A DNA stretch of 64,000 bases from an uncultured Spirochaetota bacterium (GCA_963835575.1 CAWIGG010000002.1:832001-896000); one strand, 5' to 3'; counted from the stretch's first letter, positions 8,916 through 19,427 are shown. Notes: generated by a model from the sequence alone, not told the origin. Made by a program: numbers and translations.

Positions 8916-10311
8916 GAGTTATAATAGAAAGTTGTGTATAGGAATAAATATTATAAAAAAGATGGCGTACCCTCTATAATTTATTTACGACAATAAACAA
9001 AAGGAGGAATACGCCATATGCCGAAGCACAACGAAGATTTTAAGCTCTTACAGGCTTTTAATCAAGATGAAACAGTAGAATTTTTATGTCTTGAAGAATT
9101 GGCAAGGATCGGGGCCAGGGAAATAATCAAGAAGGCTCTGGAAGATGAAATTAATGGGTTTCTTCAGGAGAGAGAGCATTTAACTATCGAAGACGGGAGA
9201 AAGGCAATAGTAAGAAATGGGTATCATAAAGCCCGTCAGATTCTCATTGGTGGAGGGGCTATTGATGTATGTATTCCGAGAACAAGGAACCGACTCGGAG
9301 GCGACAATTTTCAAAGCCTAATAGTACCGCCGTATATGAGAAAAAGCCTGAGAATTGAGGAAGCCATTCCATTGTTGTATCTCTATGGAGTCTCAGAGAT
9401 GGATATGGAGAATGCCTTGAGAGGATTGCTTGGTGAAGAAGCGAAAGGATTATCAGCCTCAAGTATAAGCAGAATGAAACAAGGATGGGGTAAAGAATAT
9501 GATGAGTGGCGGACATCCGATTTAAGCGATAAAAAGTATTGCTATATATGGGTTGACGGCATTTACTTCAATGTACAGGGCAGCGAAGACCGTTTATGCA
9601 CTCTTGTAATGATCGGAGCCAATGAGAATGGTGAAAAGGAGATTATTCTTGTTGAAGAAGGTTACAGAGAGAATTCCGAGACTTGGTTAGGGATATTAAG
9701 AAACCTAAAAGAAAAAGGTTTGAAAGGTCCTATTCTTTTTATCGGAGACGGAAGCCTTGGATTCTGGAAAGCAGCCAAAGAAGTATATCCTGAATCCAGA
9801 TGGCAGAGATGCTGGGTTCATAAGATAAAGAACATTCTAAACAAGCTGCCCAAAGTATTACAGTCAAAGGCAAAAGAGATGCTTCATGAGATATGCAATG
9901 CTCCTGATAAGGATAATGCTATCAAAGCTTTTGAATTATTCCAGGCGGTTTTTAATCCTAAATATCCAGCAGCTGTCGAATGTTTAGAAAAAGATTGGGA
10001 GCTTATGATCGAATTTTATAACTGTCCGGCGGAACATTGGGTACATATCCGTACGACAAACGTAATAGAATCTACCTTCTCTACAGTTCGATTAAGAACT
10101 AAAAAGATGAGAGGCTGCGGAACCAGGGAAACGATTCTAATAATGGTCTATAAATTACTGGATAAGGCATCCAGGCGATGGAGAAAATTAAGAGGTTATG
10201 AAAAGATTTGCCTTGTATTGGAAGGCGCTGTTTTTGAGAACGGAGAGCTTGTAAAAAAGGCAGCATAAAAAAATGAGAGGGTATGTCATACACAACATTT
10301 GACAAAAACTC
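8916..10311 (+). mobile_element. IS256-family insertion sequence, 1396 bp
   Basis: Imperfect TIRs GAGTTATAATAGAAAGTTGTGTAT and GAGTTTTTGTCAAATGTTGTGTAT; 8-bp target duplication TATTGCTT at 8908-8915 and 10312-10319. Confidence 0.95.
9018..10268 (+). CDS. IS256-family (Mutator-type) DDE transposase
   Basis: RNGY, YIWVDGIY, IGDGSLGF, QRCWVHK and RTTNVIES motifs. Confidence 0.96.
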   Translation: MPKHNEDFKLLQAFNQDETVEFLCLEELARIGAREIIKKALEDEINGFLQEREHLTIEDGRKAIVRNGYHKARQILIGGGAIDVCIPRTRNRLGGDNFQSLIVPPYMRKSLRIEEAIPLLYLYGVSEMDMENALRGLLGEEAKGLSASSISRMKQGWGKEYDEWRTSDLSDKKYCYIWVDGIYFNVQGSEDRLCTLVMIGANENGEKEIILVEEGYRENSETWLGILRNLKEKGLKGPILFIGDGSLGFWKAAKEVYPESRWQRCWVHKIKNILNKLPKVLQSKAKEMLHEICNAPDKDNAIKAFELFQAVFNPKYPAAVECLEKDWELMIEFYNCPAEHWVHIRTTNVIESTFSTVRLRTKKMRGCGTRETILIMVYKLLDKASRRWRKLRGYEKICLVLEGAVFENGELVKKAA

Positions 10312-10809
10312 TATTGCTTTGACTTTAAGGTTAATAATATACCCTTATTTTTAAAGTTGTTTTTTGAAGTCGATTATTTGGCCTATTATTTTGACAGTAA
10401 TGCTCCAAAGAAATTTCAGGAAATAGACAAGAATGCAAACCCTTTCGAGATTCCAAATTTAGCTTTATATGATATTCCAATACCAGCAATAAGTTTAGGA
10501 TTTAGATTTTAATATATTCGGGTAATTTAATAACCTCTTTTATTTCATTAAAATCCTTGAATATGGTCAATGCCCGTGTTATAATAATAAATAATCTGCC
10601 GTTTATTAAAACTGTGTTTAATCTTTAGAGCGAAAAAGAATAAAATGAAAAAATAAGACCGTTTTCCTTTAATGGGAAACGACGCGGGCCGGAAGGCCGG
10701 AGATGAAAAATAACCCCCCTTATTATTATAGGGTGTCATTTATTAGAAGATATGGAAGAATGGGGATTATCTTCAGTTTGAAGACATTCTCTTCCAAGGG
10801 GAGAAAGAT

Positions 10810-12615
10810 ATGATAAGAAGATATTTTATTTTCATCGCTCTGGCGTCTCTGGTTTCCTGCAGCGGCTATTTTCTCAACAACAACAACCATTCAATAGAAT
10901 CCCAGACGGAAAAGTTAAGTCTGGCCATGGCCGATGGCAGCGGCTACCTCAGCACCGATCAGTATAATGAAATCACGCCTTTTGTTTTCCGGGATCAAAA
11001 CAGCGGAAAAACCTATCTTTTTTACGCTTCCGATAAAGACGGAAGCTATGATATTTATTACGCCGAAATGAATTCAGAGGGAAAGTTTTTCGCGCCGGTA
11101 AAAATGGGTCCGTCTATTAACACATCGGTTTCCAATGAATTTTCTCCGGTTGTTTTTCAAAGTTCGGCTTCAGGTTCATTAAAAACATATATTTCTTTCA
11201 TTATGGAAAGCAATAAAATATCATCAATAATAACATATACCCTTGATAATAATCTGAATTTTTCAGGCTCAACATCGGCTGTCCCTTCAGGCCCATATAA
11301 TCCAACTCATATCAGCCTTTTTAAAGACAGCCAGGGAAAAATCTATCTGATCACAGCAGATGGATTGGCTAATTATTACCGTTTTATTTTTAATGATAGT
11401 TCAGGGGTAGTATGGAATCTGGATTATGGATCTGATACAGCAATGAGTGCCAATTCGATCAGCGGATATATGATAAAGGGTGCAGTATTTACAAACAATA
11501 TTATGGTTTATGATACAGTGACAAATGGAAAACATCAGCTCAGAGGCGAGGCTTTTATGCAGGCAGGCTATAAATTGTTTGTTCCTTTTGAAATATCGGC
11601 CTATTCTTCATCAGCCAATGACGCTTATCCATTTGTGGACGCGGAAGGCGGCTATAAAGTTTATTTCGCTTCGGACAGGTACGGAAAGGGGAATTACGAT
11701 CTTTACCGGTATAATACAAAAACATTTGAGGCACAGGTCCCTTCCGTTTTAACGAAAGCGTTAAATACAGTTTATGTATCCCCCTCCGGCAGCGACTACA
11801 ATTCCGGTTATATCCCTGAATCACCATTAAGAACAATACAGAACGCTGTCAATGATGCTTATTATAACGGCATACATAATGTCTTTCTGGCAGAAGGTTC
11901 TTATACCCCGGGCAGTGGTTTGAATCCATCCGCGCCCGGATTGCAGATCAATAATTTTACAAATATTAATATCGTCGGCGGATATAATAGTAGTTTCACC
12001 GTTATTTATGGGAAAAGCAGTCTTAACGTGCAGGGTAACGACATGGCAACTATAGTATACATATCATATTCTACGAATATATCTATCAATAATTTAATTA
12101 TTGAAAACGCGACAAATGGGAGAGGAATCTATATTATAAATTCATCCGGGATCAATGTTATTAATAATACGGTCAAGGGTAATGGCTATGCTGAAACAGA
12201 CGGCGGAGGCTTATATATTTTTTATTCGTCATATGTCAATTTAACAGGATGCGATATTTTATTGAATTCCGGTTATTACGGCGGAGGAATGAAATTTGAA
12301 AATAGCGATAATAATAATGTTATAAATTGTAATATCTTAAACAATAATTCATATTATGGGGGGGGATTATATTACTTAAATAGCGTTAGTAATAATATTT
12401 CTAACTGTATGATAAATACCAATACGGCGCTCAATGACGGCGGCGGTCTTTACATAAATAATGACATCAATGATATATTTTCATCCTGCAATGTTTTGTT
12501 TAATACCGCTGCCGGAGGCGGAGGCGGTCTGTTTATAATTAATAACTCTTTAACTACAAACAGTTGCATCATCAAATTTAATATTCCTGATAATGTGTCA
12601 AACAGTAGTACTTGA
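10810..12615 (+). CDS. Lipoprotein with TolB/PD40-like repeats and a right-handed parallel beta-helix
   Basis: Lipobox LVSC; LFYASDKDGSYDIYY and VYFASDR...YDLY repeats; VYVSPSGSD...PLRTIQNA followed by GGGLY/N-rich beta-helix repeats. Confidence 0.8.
   Translation: MIRRYFIFIALASLVSCSGYFLNNNNHSIESQTEKLSLAMADGSGYLSTDQYNEITPFVFRDQNSGKTYLFYASDKDGSYDIYYAEMNSEGKFFAPVKMGPSINTSVSNEFSPVVFQSSASGSLKTYISFIMESNKISSIITYTLDNNLNFSGSTSAVPSGPYNPTHISLFKDSQGKIYLITADGLANYYRFIFNDSSGVVWNLDYGSDTAMSANSISGYMIKGAVFTNNIMVYDTVTNGKHQLRGEAFMQAGYKLFVPFEISAYSSSANDAYPFVDAEGGYKVYFASDRYGKGNYDLYRYNTKTFEAQVPSVLTKALNTVYVSPSGSDYNSGYIPESPLRTIQNAVNDAYYNGIHNVFLAEGSYTPGSGLNPSAPGLQINNFTNINIVGGYNSSFTVIYGKSSLNVQGNDMATIVYISYSTNISINNLIIENATNGRGIYIINSSGINVINNTVKGNGYAETDGGGLYIFYSSYVNLTGCDILLNSGYYGGGMKFENSDNNNVINCNILNNNSYYGGGLYYLNSVSNNISNCMINTNTALNDGGGLYINNDINDIFSSCNVLFNTAAGGGGGLFIINNSLTTNSCIIKFNIPDNVSNSST
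10936..10995 (+). repeat. 60-bp exact direct repeat shared by the tandem lipoprotein paralogues (second copy 12768-12827)
   Basis: ggcagcggctacctcagcaccgatcagtataatgaaatcacgccttttgttttccgggat is identical in both genes. Confidence 0.9.
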
Positions 12616-12641
12616 TTAATTTTTGTTGAGAAGGGAGATTT

Positions 12642-14591
12642 ATGAAAAAAGTATTTATATTTTTTATAAGCGCTGTTATATTCACCTCCTGCAGCGGCTA
12701 TTTTCCGAATAGCAATAACGGCGCCCAGAACCGGGAATCCGGCGATATGCACCTCGCGCTGGCCGACGGCAGCGGCTACCTCAGCACCGATCAGTATAAT
12801 GAAATCACGCCTTTTGTTTTCCGGGATAAAGCTAACAATAAAACCTACCTGTTTTACGCTTCCGATAAAGACGGAAGTTATGATATCTACTACGCTGAAA
12901 TGAATTCCGAAGGGAAGTTTTATACGCCTGTAAAATTCGGCAGTCCGGTTAATACTTCCTCTAATGAGATTTCGCCGGTAATAATTCAGACGAATGGCAC
13001 CAATTATCTCACTTACATACAGTATAATTCAAGCGGAACAAATGTAACCGGTTATAAACTGGACCTGAATTTTCAGACAAATTCTTCAATTTCAATCGGT
13101 ACGCCGCCTTCAATGCCCCTTAACTTAAGTTCCTATCCGGGCAGTGATGGAAATTATCATCTTTTAATAGTAAACGGTAGCGGCACCATCTATAAATATT
13201 ATTTATTTTTGGGTGTCGGCGCATATACATGGATTCAGGAAAACACAACTAATTTATCCACTCAACATTACTCTCTTTGCGGGTATGAAACGGCCGCCGG
13301 GCCTTTTACTAATATTTACGCGCTTTATGACACAATGACCGGCGGAAGGCACCAGATCAACGGGGAAGTGTTTATTCAGGGCAGCGGAACATACCTGGTG
13401 CCTTTTGATATATCGTCTTATTCATCATCCTCGGATGATGCCTATCCTTTTATAGACACAGGAGACGGTTATAAAGTGTACTTTGCTTCTAAAAGGTACG
13501 GTAAAGGGAATTACGACCTCTACCGCTTCAATACAAAAACTTTTGATGCGCAGATACCGGCATACCTTAAAAATTTTAATGCGGTTTATGTTTCGCCGGC
13601 TGGAAATGACGCAAATGCCGGTATTGTTCCTGCGTCTCCTCTTAAATCTCTATTAAATGCCATATCCTCAGCCGATATATGGGGAATTCATAATATCTTT
13701 GTCGCCGCGGGAGTTTATACGCCGGCTACAGGATTGAACACCATGTTTTTTACAAGTAAATCGAATGTCAATATGATTGGCGGTTATAATAACAACTTTA
13801 CTTCAATAGTCGGCAGAACCGAACTTGATATGCAGGGTACCACGTCCCCGTTCCTTGTAATGAATTCGTCCTTAAACATGACAATAAATAATTTTGTTTT
13901 CAGGAATTTTCTATTTGCAGGAGGCGGAGCAATTGAAATTGACGGTTGTACAGGCATTGTTTTTATCAACGATATAGTTACAAACAACGGGACAAACATG
14001 GGCAATGGCGGCGGTTTTTATATTTATGGCTCATCCTATATCAGCATTAACGGCTGTACGATTGCCAACAACCTGGCCTCTTACGGCGGAGGGATTTATC
14101 TGGCCTACAGCAGTTATAATGTAATAGCAAATAGCACAATTATGAATAATTATGTTGATACGAATAATTATGGTTATGGCGGCGGCATCTATTATCAGAA
14201 TTGCGATTATAATAATATTATAAATTGTAATATATCCGGCAATATTTCATATAGCGGGGGTGGATTATATTACGTTAACTGCGTGAGTAATACTATTTCC
14301 GGATGCACGATAAATACCAATTCGGCTGTCTATAACGGCGGCGGCGTTTATCTTGGAAATAACTCAAATACTTCCATATTAGGATGCACAATAAACACAA
14401 ATACGGCCAATAATGAAGGCGGCGGCTTATGGATTTACCAGGAAAATTTTGAGAATTTATTAAACTGTGATATCTTTTATAATGCGGCTTCAGCCGGCGG
14501 TGGAATAATGTTCCTCAATACCTCGGTTGTAACGAATAACTGCATTATCAAGTTAAATACTCCGGATAATGTATCAAACTATTTTAATTGA
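12642..14591 (+). CDS. Paralogous lipoprotein with PD40-like repeats and a beta-helix
   Basis: Lipobox FTSC; same architecture as 10810-12615 with additional GGG.Y repeats. Confidence 0.8.
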   Translation: MKKVFIFFISAVIFTSCSGYFPNSNNGAQNRESGDMHLALADGSGYLSTDQYNEITPFVFRDKANNKTYLFYASDKDGSYDIYYAEMNSEGKFYTPVKFGSPVNTSSNEISPVIIQTNGTNYLTYIQYNSSGTNVTGYKLDLNFQTNSSISIGTPPSMPLNLSSYPGSDGNYHLLIVNGSGTIYKYYLFLGVGAYTWIQENTTNLSTQHYSLCGYETAAGPFTNIYALYDTMTGGRHQINGEVFIQGSGTYLVPFDISSYSSSSDDAYPFIDTGDGYKVYFASKRYGKGNYDLYRFNTKTFDAQIPAYLKNFNAVYVSPAGNDANAGIVPASPLKSLLNAISSADIWGIHNIFVAAGVYTPATGLNTMFFTSKSNVNMIGGYNNNFTSIVGRTELDMQGTTSPFLVMNSSLNMTINNFVFRNFLFAGGGAIEIDGCTGIVFINDIVTNNGTNMGNGGGFYIYGSSYISINGCTIANNLASYGGGIYLAYSSYNVIANSTIMNNYVDTNNYGYGGGIYYQNCDYNNIINCNISGNISYSGGGLYYVNCVSNTISGCTINTNSAVYNGGGVYLGNNSNTSILGCTINTNTANNEGGGLWIYQENFENLLNCDIFYNAASAGGGIMFLNTSVVTNNCIIKLNTPDNVSNYFN

Positions 14592-14630
14592 TAAATATTT
14601 TAAAGTTTTTTAAACAGAGGAGGTCTTATA

Positions 14631-15053
14631 ATGAAGAAAATCTTGATGATATGTTTTGTGTGTCTTGTCTTATCGGGAATAAAAGCCTACTCTATATCCA
14701 ATGACGATATCCGCGCCCTTATGGATAAAAAGAACGCCACGGTTATTGACGCGCTTTATATGGTCTATTCCATAGATAAACCGGATGCCGTCATAAGCGA
14801 CCTGGCTTCCATAAATAATCCGAGGATCAGCGCCCTGAAAAAGGACGCGAACCTGGACGCAGGGGCTTTCGCCATCATTGCCATCGAGATGAAAAAGGCG
14901 AGAGGAAGTATTTTGTATTCCCTGACGGGCTTTTCGAAATACGCGGCTGAATGCCTGGTTTTCGATAAAATATATCCCGAATACTATTCCTGGAACAGGG
15001 AATTGAGCGGACAGGAACTGATAGAGTTTACGGCCCTTTTAAAGTCAAAGTAA
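14631..15053 (+). CDS. Exported hypothetical protein
   Basis: RBS GAGGAGG, signal peptide, 140 aa, no recognised domain. Confidence 0.75.
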   Translation: MKKILMICFVCLVLSGIKAYSISNDDIRALMDKKNATVIDALYMVYSIDKPDAVISDLASINNPRISALKKDANLDAGAFAIIAIEMKKARGSILYSLTGFSKYAAECLVFDKIYPEYYSWNRELSGQELIEFTALLKSK

Positions 15054-15132
15054 TATAGAGAAAAATGGTCTGGTTATATAAAAGAAGTTAAATTGCCGCA
15101 ATCCGGCTGACGGGTTGCTGAGGAGGTTTTTT

Positions 15133-15807
15133 ATGAAGAAAGTTATAGCGGTCGCAGTTTTAATTTTCGCTTTCCAGATTTTATTCGCCGGGGTTGTCAA
15201 GGACATGACGGGAAGCGTTGATGTTCTCATAAATGGGAAATGGCAGAAAGCAGCTTTGAACATGGAGATCAAGGACGGGACGAAGATCATGACAGGTCTG
15301 AATTCCACTGTTAAAGTGGAAACAGCCGGCGGTTTTTTTACCGTGAATGAATTATCGATGGTTACTTATCAGGAAATACTGTCCGACAAGTTTCACGCAC
15401 AGAAACTGGCTTTGAATATGGGCAAGGTCAAGGTCAGGTTCTCAAAGATACAGGGAACCCAATCCAGTTTCAAAGTCCAGACCCCAAAGGGAACCGCGTC
15501 GGTGCTGGGTTCAGAAGAAGATGTCAGTTTTTATTCGTCTTCAGGCATGAATGTGGATATAATTGACGGCACCATTGATGTCGGGGATAATAACGGCAAT
15601 TCCTTTACCGGCCATCAGGGAGACCACGGCGGTGTTTCGGGGGACAATGGAATCAACGGAAACACAGATCATGTTTCCGGAGGTTTGAACCAGTTTGATT
15701 CGTTCGGTGATGATGATACTCGGAATAATACAATTGATAACGGCCTTAAAGGTTTTTTAAACAATTTATTCAATCAGAACAGCCTGCCTGAACCGGAAAG
15801 GCTGTAA
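15133..15807 (+). CDS. Periplasmic FecR-domain protein
   Basis: Signal peptide; IMTGLNS...L..GKV...FKVQTPKGTASVLGS...V.IIDG.I.V FecR-like pattern; RBS AGGAGG before ATG 15133. Confidence 0.8.
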   Translation: MKKVIAVAVLIFAFQILFAGVVKDMTGSVDVLINGKWQKAALNMEIKDGTKIMTGLNSTVKVETAGGFFTVNELSMVTYQEILSDKFHAQKLALNMGKVKVRFSKIQGTQSSFKVQTPKGTASVLGSEEDVSFYSSSGMNVDIIDGTIDVGDNNGNSFTGHQGDHGGVSGDNGINGNTDHVSGGLNQFDSFGDDDTRNNTIDNGLKGFLNNLFNQNSLPEPERL

Positions 15808-15822
15808 TAACAGGGGGAACAG

Positions 15823-16974
15823 ATGAAAAAATTATTCTGTATCATTTTATTGATTATTACGGTAAAGCTGGGTTACTCTTTCAATTATAATTTCAGCATT
15901 GAAGATCTGCCGATGATGGTTATGGGGACGGATACGACTAACGCCGCCTTTTACAGCTTTTATAATATCGCGAATGTCGGCTTGTCCCTTAATTTTGATG
16001 ATTACTCCAGCGTTAAATTCAGGCTCAAAGACACCTATTTTGACCTGCTGAGGACCAATGATCTGTACATCGACCGGCTCAGTTTTGATTATAAAGGAGA
16101 AGCCTTCGGCGTTTTGGCCGGCAGGGATTATTTCGTGGAAGATGACGCCCTGCTCATCGGGAACCTGGCTGACGGTTTAAAATTAAATCTTAATTTTCTG
16201 GGTCTGAAGGAAAGGGTTTATGTTTATTATTCCGGCCTGCTTCCCCAGGAGATCAACCAATTCGATATCAGTACCGCAGACCTTACCCTTTCGAATGGGC
16301 CGAACAGGATTTTCGCCGGCCTGGCACTGGAAAAAATGGGCTTATTAGTGGAATCTCTGGGAGCTGTTATCCTTTATTCGAAAGATCTATCGACAAATAA
16401 TATTTACAATCCGATTTATCTTGGATTGAATGGAAAGGGAACAATCGTTAAGGGCCTTATTTTTCAAGCCGCTTTTATCAGCGAATTGGGAAGTCTTGAT
16501 GCTTCAAATTCCATCGTGGCTTTCGGCGGAAATGCCGGACTGACCTATCTGTCCGAAGGCGATGTGAAATGGGGATTGATCGGCAAGCTGTCATTGGCGA
16601 CAGGCGATAGTCCGGGCGGCAATTATGAGCAGTTTGATACTTTCGGTAATTATAATACAGGGTCGGTCATAGGCCCGAAATTAGCCAATTTATTTATGGT
16701 CCAGGCTGGTTTTCTGGTAAAAGCGCTGAGCGATACTCTGACTTTCGGCGCCAATTATTATTACCTGATGAGAATGACCACAAACGATTCTGTCAACGGC
16801 TTTTATGACGGGAAAGGAACCGGAGTAGGCAATGAAATTTCCGGAAGTATTATTTACGATATAGACCCGAACTTTTCGGTATTCCTGACAGGCGGTTATT
16901 TTCTTAAAGGCGACGCGTTTACAGACACGACAAATAAATACAAATTCATCGCCGGTGTAAGGGTGAAAATTTAG
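15823..16974 (+). CDS. Outer membrane beta-barrel protein (alginate-export/porin-like)
   Basis: Signal peptide, alternating amphipathic strands, ATGD motif, C-terminal GNEI...GGYFLKGDAF...GVRVKI. Confidence 0.65.
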   Translation: MKKLFCIILLIITVKLGYSFNYNFSIEDLPMMVMGTDTTNAAFYSFYNIANVGLSLNFDDYSSVKFRLKDTYFDLLRTNDLYIDRLSFDYKGEAFGVLAGRDYFVEDDALLIGNLADGLKLNLNFLGLKERVYVYYSGLLPQEINQFDISTADLTLSNGPNRIFAGLALEKMGLLVESLGAVILYSKDLSTNNIYNPIYLGLNGKGTIVKGLIFQAAFISELGSLDASNSIVAFGGNAGLTYLSEGDVKWGLIGKLSLATGDSPGGNYEQFDTFGNYNTGSVIGPKLANLFMVQAGFLVKALSDTLTFGANYYYLMRMTTNDSVNGFYDGKGTGVGNEISGSIIYDIDPNFSVFLTGGYFLKGDAFTDTTNKYKFIAGVRVKI

Positions 16975-16985
16975 GGAGACAGACA

Positions 16986-19316
16986 TTGCCGAAAAACAGA
17001 TGGATTGATTTCAGCATTATCATAGTGAGTATACTCCTGGCCGTGCTCTTTTCCATGAGCCAGGCCGGGCAGATGATAGATTTAAAGCTCTATGATATAT
17101 TTTCAATGGTAAAACCCAGGCCTCCGGAATGGAATAAAATCCTTTATGTGGACATTGATAATCAGAGTATTGACTTGATCGGCAAATGGCCGATACCCAG
17201 AGATAAGATCGCAGAGGGCATCGCGGTATTAAAGGAGTTCGGCGCCGATAAGATCCTCCTCGATATCGAGTATAACAATCCTGCCCCGCTTGTGTTAAAT
17301 CAGGAATATTATGATCAATCAAAAGAAAGCAAATCATCTCTTCCCGTCCGTCAAATTCTAGATAATTTAGTGATAGACCCGGATAAAGCGCTGGCCAGGG
17401 CATTCGGCATAAGTCCGACGAATGTTTATCTGACCTGCAGGGGAGTTGATGAGACAAAAAAAATAAGAACAGATATCGCGGCGGACTCTTTCATGGAACT
17501 GCAGATAGTGGAAAAGTTTTTCATTCCTATAAAAGATAAAAGCCTGACCAACCGGCTTGTGTCGGATCTTTACATGGAAAGTCCCGTCTATCCTCTGTAT
17601 ACCGTGGCAAAGGGTCTGGGCTTTACGACATCAGAGAAAGACATAGACGGTTCACTGAGGAAAATCAAACTTTTCAGAATTTATAAAGATAAGCTGGTCC
17701 CCCAGCTGTCATTACCTGTTATCCTTGACGAATTCAACGTGGACAGGGATAAAATAGAGATTAAACCCGGTGAATATATTAAATTGATTACGAAAGATAA
17801 TAAGATAATAAAAATACCTGTTTCTCAAAAAGGGGAAATGTATATCAACTGGACGAAAAAGTGGTCTGAAACTCCTTTTGGACAGCATATCCCGTTTGTG
17901 GCGCTGATTGATTATTACAATATGAAGCAGGAAATCCTGCCCCAGATTCCTTATTTAAACAGCAAAGATATCACTGAGGAAGAAAGGCAGAATATCAAAA
18001 GCAATATTAAAACCCTGGAGGATCTTTCCAACAAGCTTGCTTTAATCAAGGGCAAAATAACGATTACCGGCTGGACCGCGGATTCCAGTACCGATATAGG
18101 TATGATAACCATAGATCCCCAGGCGCCCCTGGCTTTATTACAGGGCAACCTGATCAATACGATTTATCAAAAAGCGTTTTTAACGGAGCTTCCCTTTTTC
18201 TGGAATGTTATCATATCTTTTCTTTTTATTTTAGGCATTTTCATAGTCAGTATAAGGATCACATCGGCGTTCAAGGAAGCAATCGCCTCTTTGTTTATTT
18301 TGATAGGTTTATTCCTGATCCAGTATCTGTTCCTGGCTGTTTTCGGCATCATTCTGAATTATGTCATGATCCTTCTCAGTACGATTATCAGCCTCGCGGC
18401 GTTTATTTCTTATAAATTCGTTCAGTATGACAGGCAGAAAAATTATATTAAAAAGGCGTTTATGCAGTATCTATCGCCCGAAGTCGTTCAGGAAGTTATT
18501 GAAAACCCCAGCCTTCTCAAGCTGGGCGGTGAAAGAAGGGAAATCACCGCCTATTTTTCCGATGTGGCCGGGTTTACCAGCATTTCTGAGAAACTGACGC
18601 CTGAAGAGGTTGTCGCTCTTCTCAATAAATACCTGACGGCGATGACGGATATAATTCTGGCTAACGGCGGCACCGTGGATAAATATGAAGGCGATGCGAT
18701 CGTCGCTTTCTTCGGCGCGCCGATACCGCATCCCGATCATGCGATCAGGTGCTGCAGCGCGGCGGTGGATATGCAGAATGCTTTGGTGAACCTCCGGGAG
18801 GAGTGGATTAAGGAAGGTTATCCGCCTGTGATAGCCAGAATGGGCATAAATACCGGCCCGGCAATTATAGGGAATATGGGCTCAGAGCAGAGGATGGACT
18901 ATACGATGATGGGCGATACCGTCAATTCCGCGTCCCGTTTTGAAGGGGCGAATAAAGCCTATGGAACCTTTACAATGATTTCGGAATTTACTTATAATCA
19001 GGTTAAGGATAAGTTTGTGGTCAGGAAGCTTGATCTGCTCAGGGTGGTAGGTAAAACAACGCCGACAGAAGTGTATGAACTGGTCGGCAGAATAGGAGAA
19101 GTCAGCCCTGAGAAACTGTCAATAATTGATGAATACCATAGCGCCCTGCAGGAATACAGGGCTAAAAAATGGGATTCGGCGTATGATATGTTCAGAGATC
19201 TGGTTAAAAAATATAATGATCCCCCTTCCAGGACTTACTTCGAACGCTGCCAGAAATACAAGAAAACTCCTCCTCCTGAAGATTGGGACGGTGTTTTTAT
19301 CCTCAGTACGAAATAA
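16986..19316 (+). CDS. CHASE2-domain class III adenylate cyclase
   Basis: CHASE2 (VDIDNQSI...GKWPIPR, LDIEY, DIDGSLRK), three TM helices, cyclase core FSDVAGFT, DKYEGDA, DYTMMGDTVNSASRFEG with ATP-specifying K and D, PPEDWDGV tail. Confidence 0.95.
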   Translation: MPKNRWIDFSIIIVSILLAVLFSMSQAGQMIDLKLYDIFSMVKPRPPEWNKILYVDIDNQSIDLIGKWPIPRDKIAEGIAVLKEFGADKILLDIEYNNPAPLVLNQEYYDQSKESKSSLPVRQILDNLVIDPDKALARAFGISPTNVYLTCRGVDETKKIRTDIAADSFMELQIVEKFFIPIKDKSLTNRLVSDLYMESPVYPLYTVAKGLGFTTSEKDIDGSLRKIKLFRIYKDKLVPQLSLPVILDEFNVDRDKIEIKPGEYIKLITKDNKIIKIPVSQKGEMYINWTKKWSETPFGQHIPFVALIDYYNMKQEILPQIPYLNSKDITEEERQNIKSNIKTLEDLSNKLALIKGKITITGWTADSSTDIGMITIDPQAPLALLQGNLINTIYQKAFLTELPFFWNVIISFLFILGIFIVSIRITSAFKEAIASLFILIGLFLIQYLFLAVFGIILNYVMILLSTIISLAAFISYKFVQYDRQKNYIKKAFMQYLSPEVVQEVIENPSLLKLGGERREITAYFSDVAGFTSISEKLTPEEVVALLNKYLTAMTDIILANGGTVDKYEGDAIVAFFGAPIPHPDHAIRCCSAAVDMQNALVNLREEWIKEGYPPVIARMGINTGPAIIGNMGSEQRMDYTMMGDTVNSASRFEGANKAYGTFTMISEFTYNQVKDKFVVRKLDLLRVVGKTTPTEVYELVGRIGEVSPEKLSIIDEYHSALQEYRAKKWDSAYDMFRDLVKKYNDPPSRTYFERCQKYKKTPPPEDWDGVFILSTK

Positions 19317-19427
19317 TTTTTTACTTGAAAAGTTCAAAGCTGATACTTTGATTAAAATTATACTTGTCTTTATAATATTCAGGCTAAAATTTTCAGATAA
19401 TACAGCTTATATAAGAGGAGGCTGTCT

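Larger units (their letters stand above)
8428..10512 (+). pseudogene. Exported, probably outer-membrane beta-barrel protein interrupted by IS256
   Basis: Removing the IS and one TATTGCTT copy restores a 226-aa ORF: ...QIGYC-FDFKVNNIP...AISLGFRF* (terminal Phe, beta-signal-like). Confidence 0.88.

Noticed and set aside
8916..8979. C-terminus LSYNRKLCIGINIIKKMAYPL of ORF 8428-8979
   Set aside because: Read-through into the IS256 left end; the real C-terminus lies at 10320-10512
10650..10810. Riboswitch in the hairpin-rich leader of the lipoprotein operon
   Set aside because: Hairpins are present (cgttttcc/gggaaacg, tggaaga/tcttcca) but I cannot match a known aptamer consensus; an Rfam/Infernal search is needed
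10810..14591. Diversity-generating retroelement (template/variable repeat pair) in the Asn-rich paralogues
   Set aside because: No reverse transcriptase in the window; the shared block is N-terminal and differences are not adenine-specific
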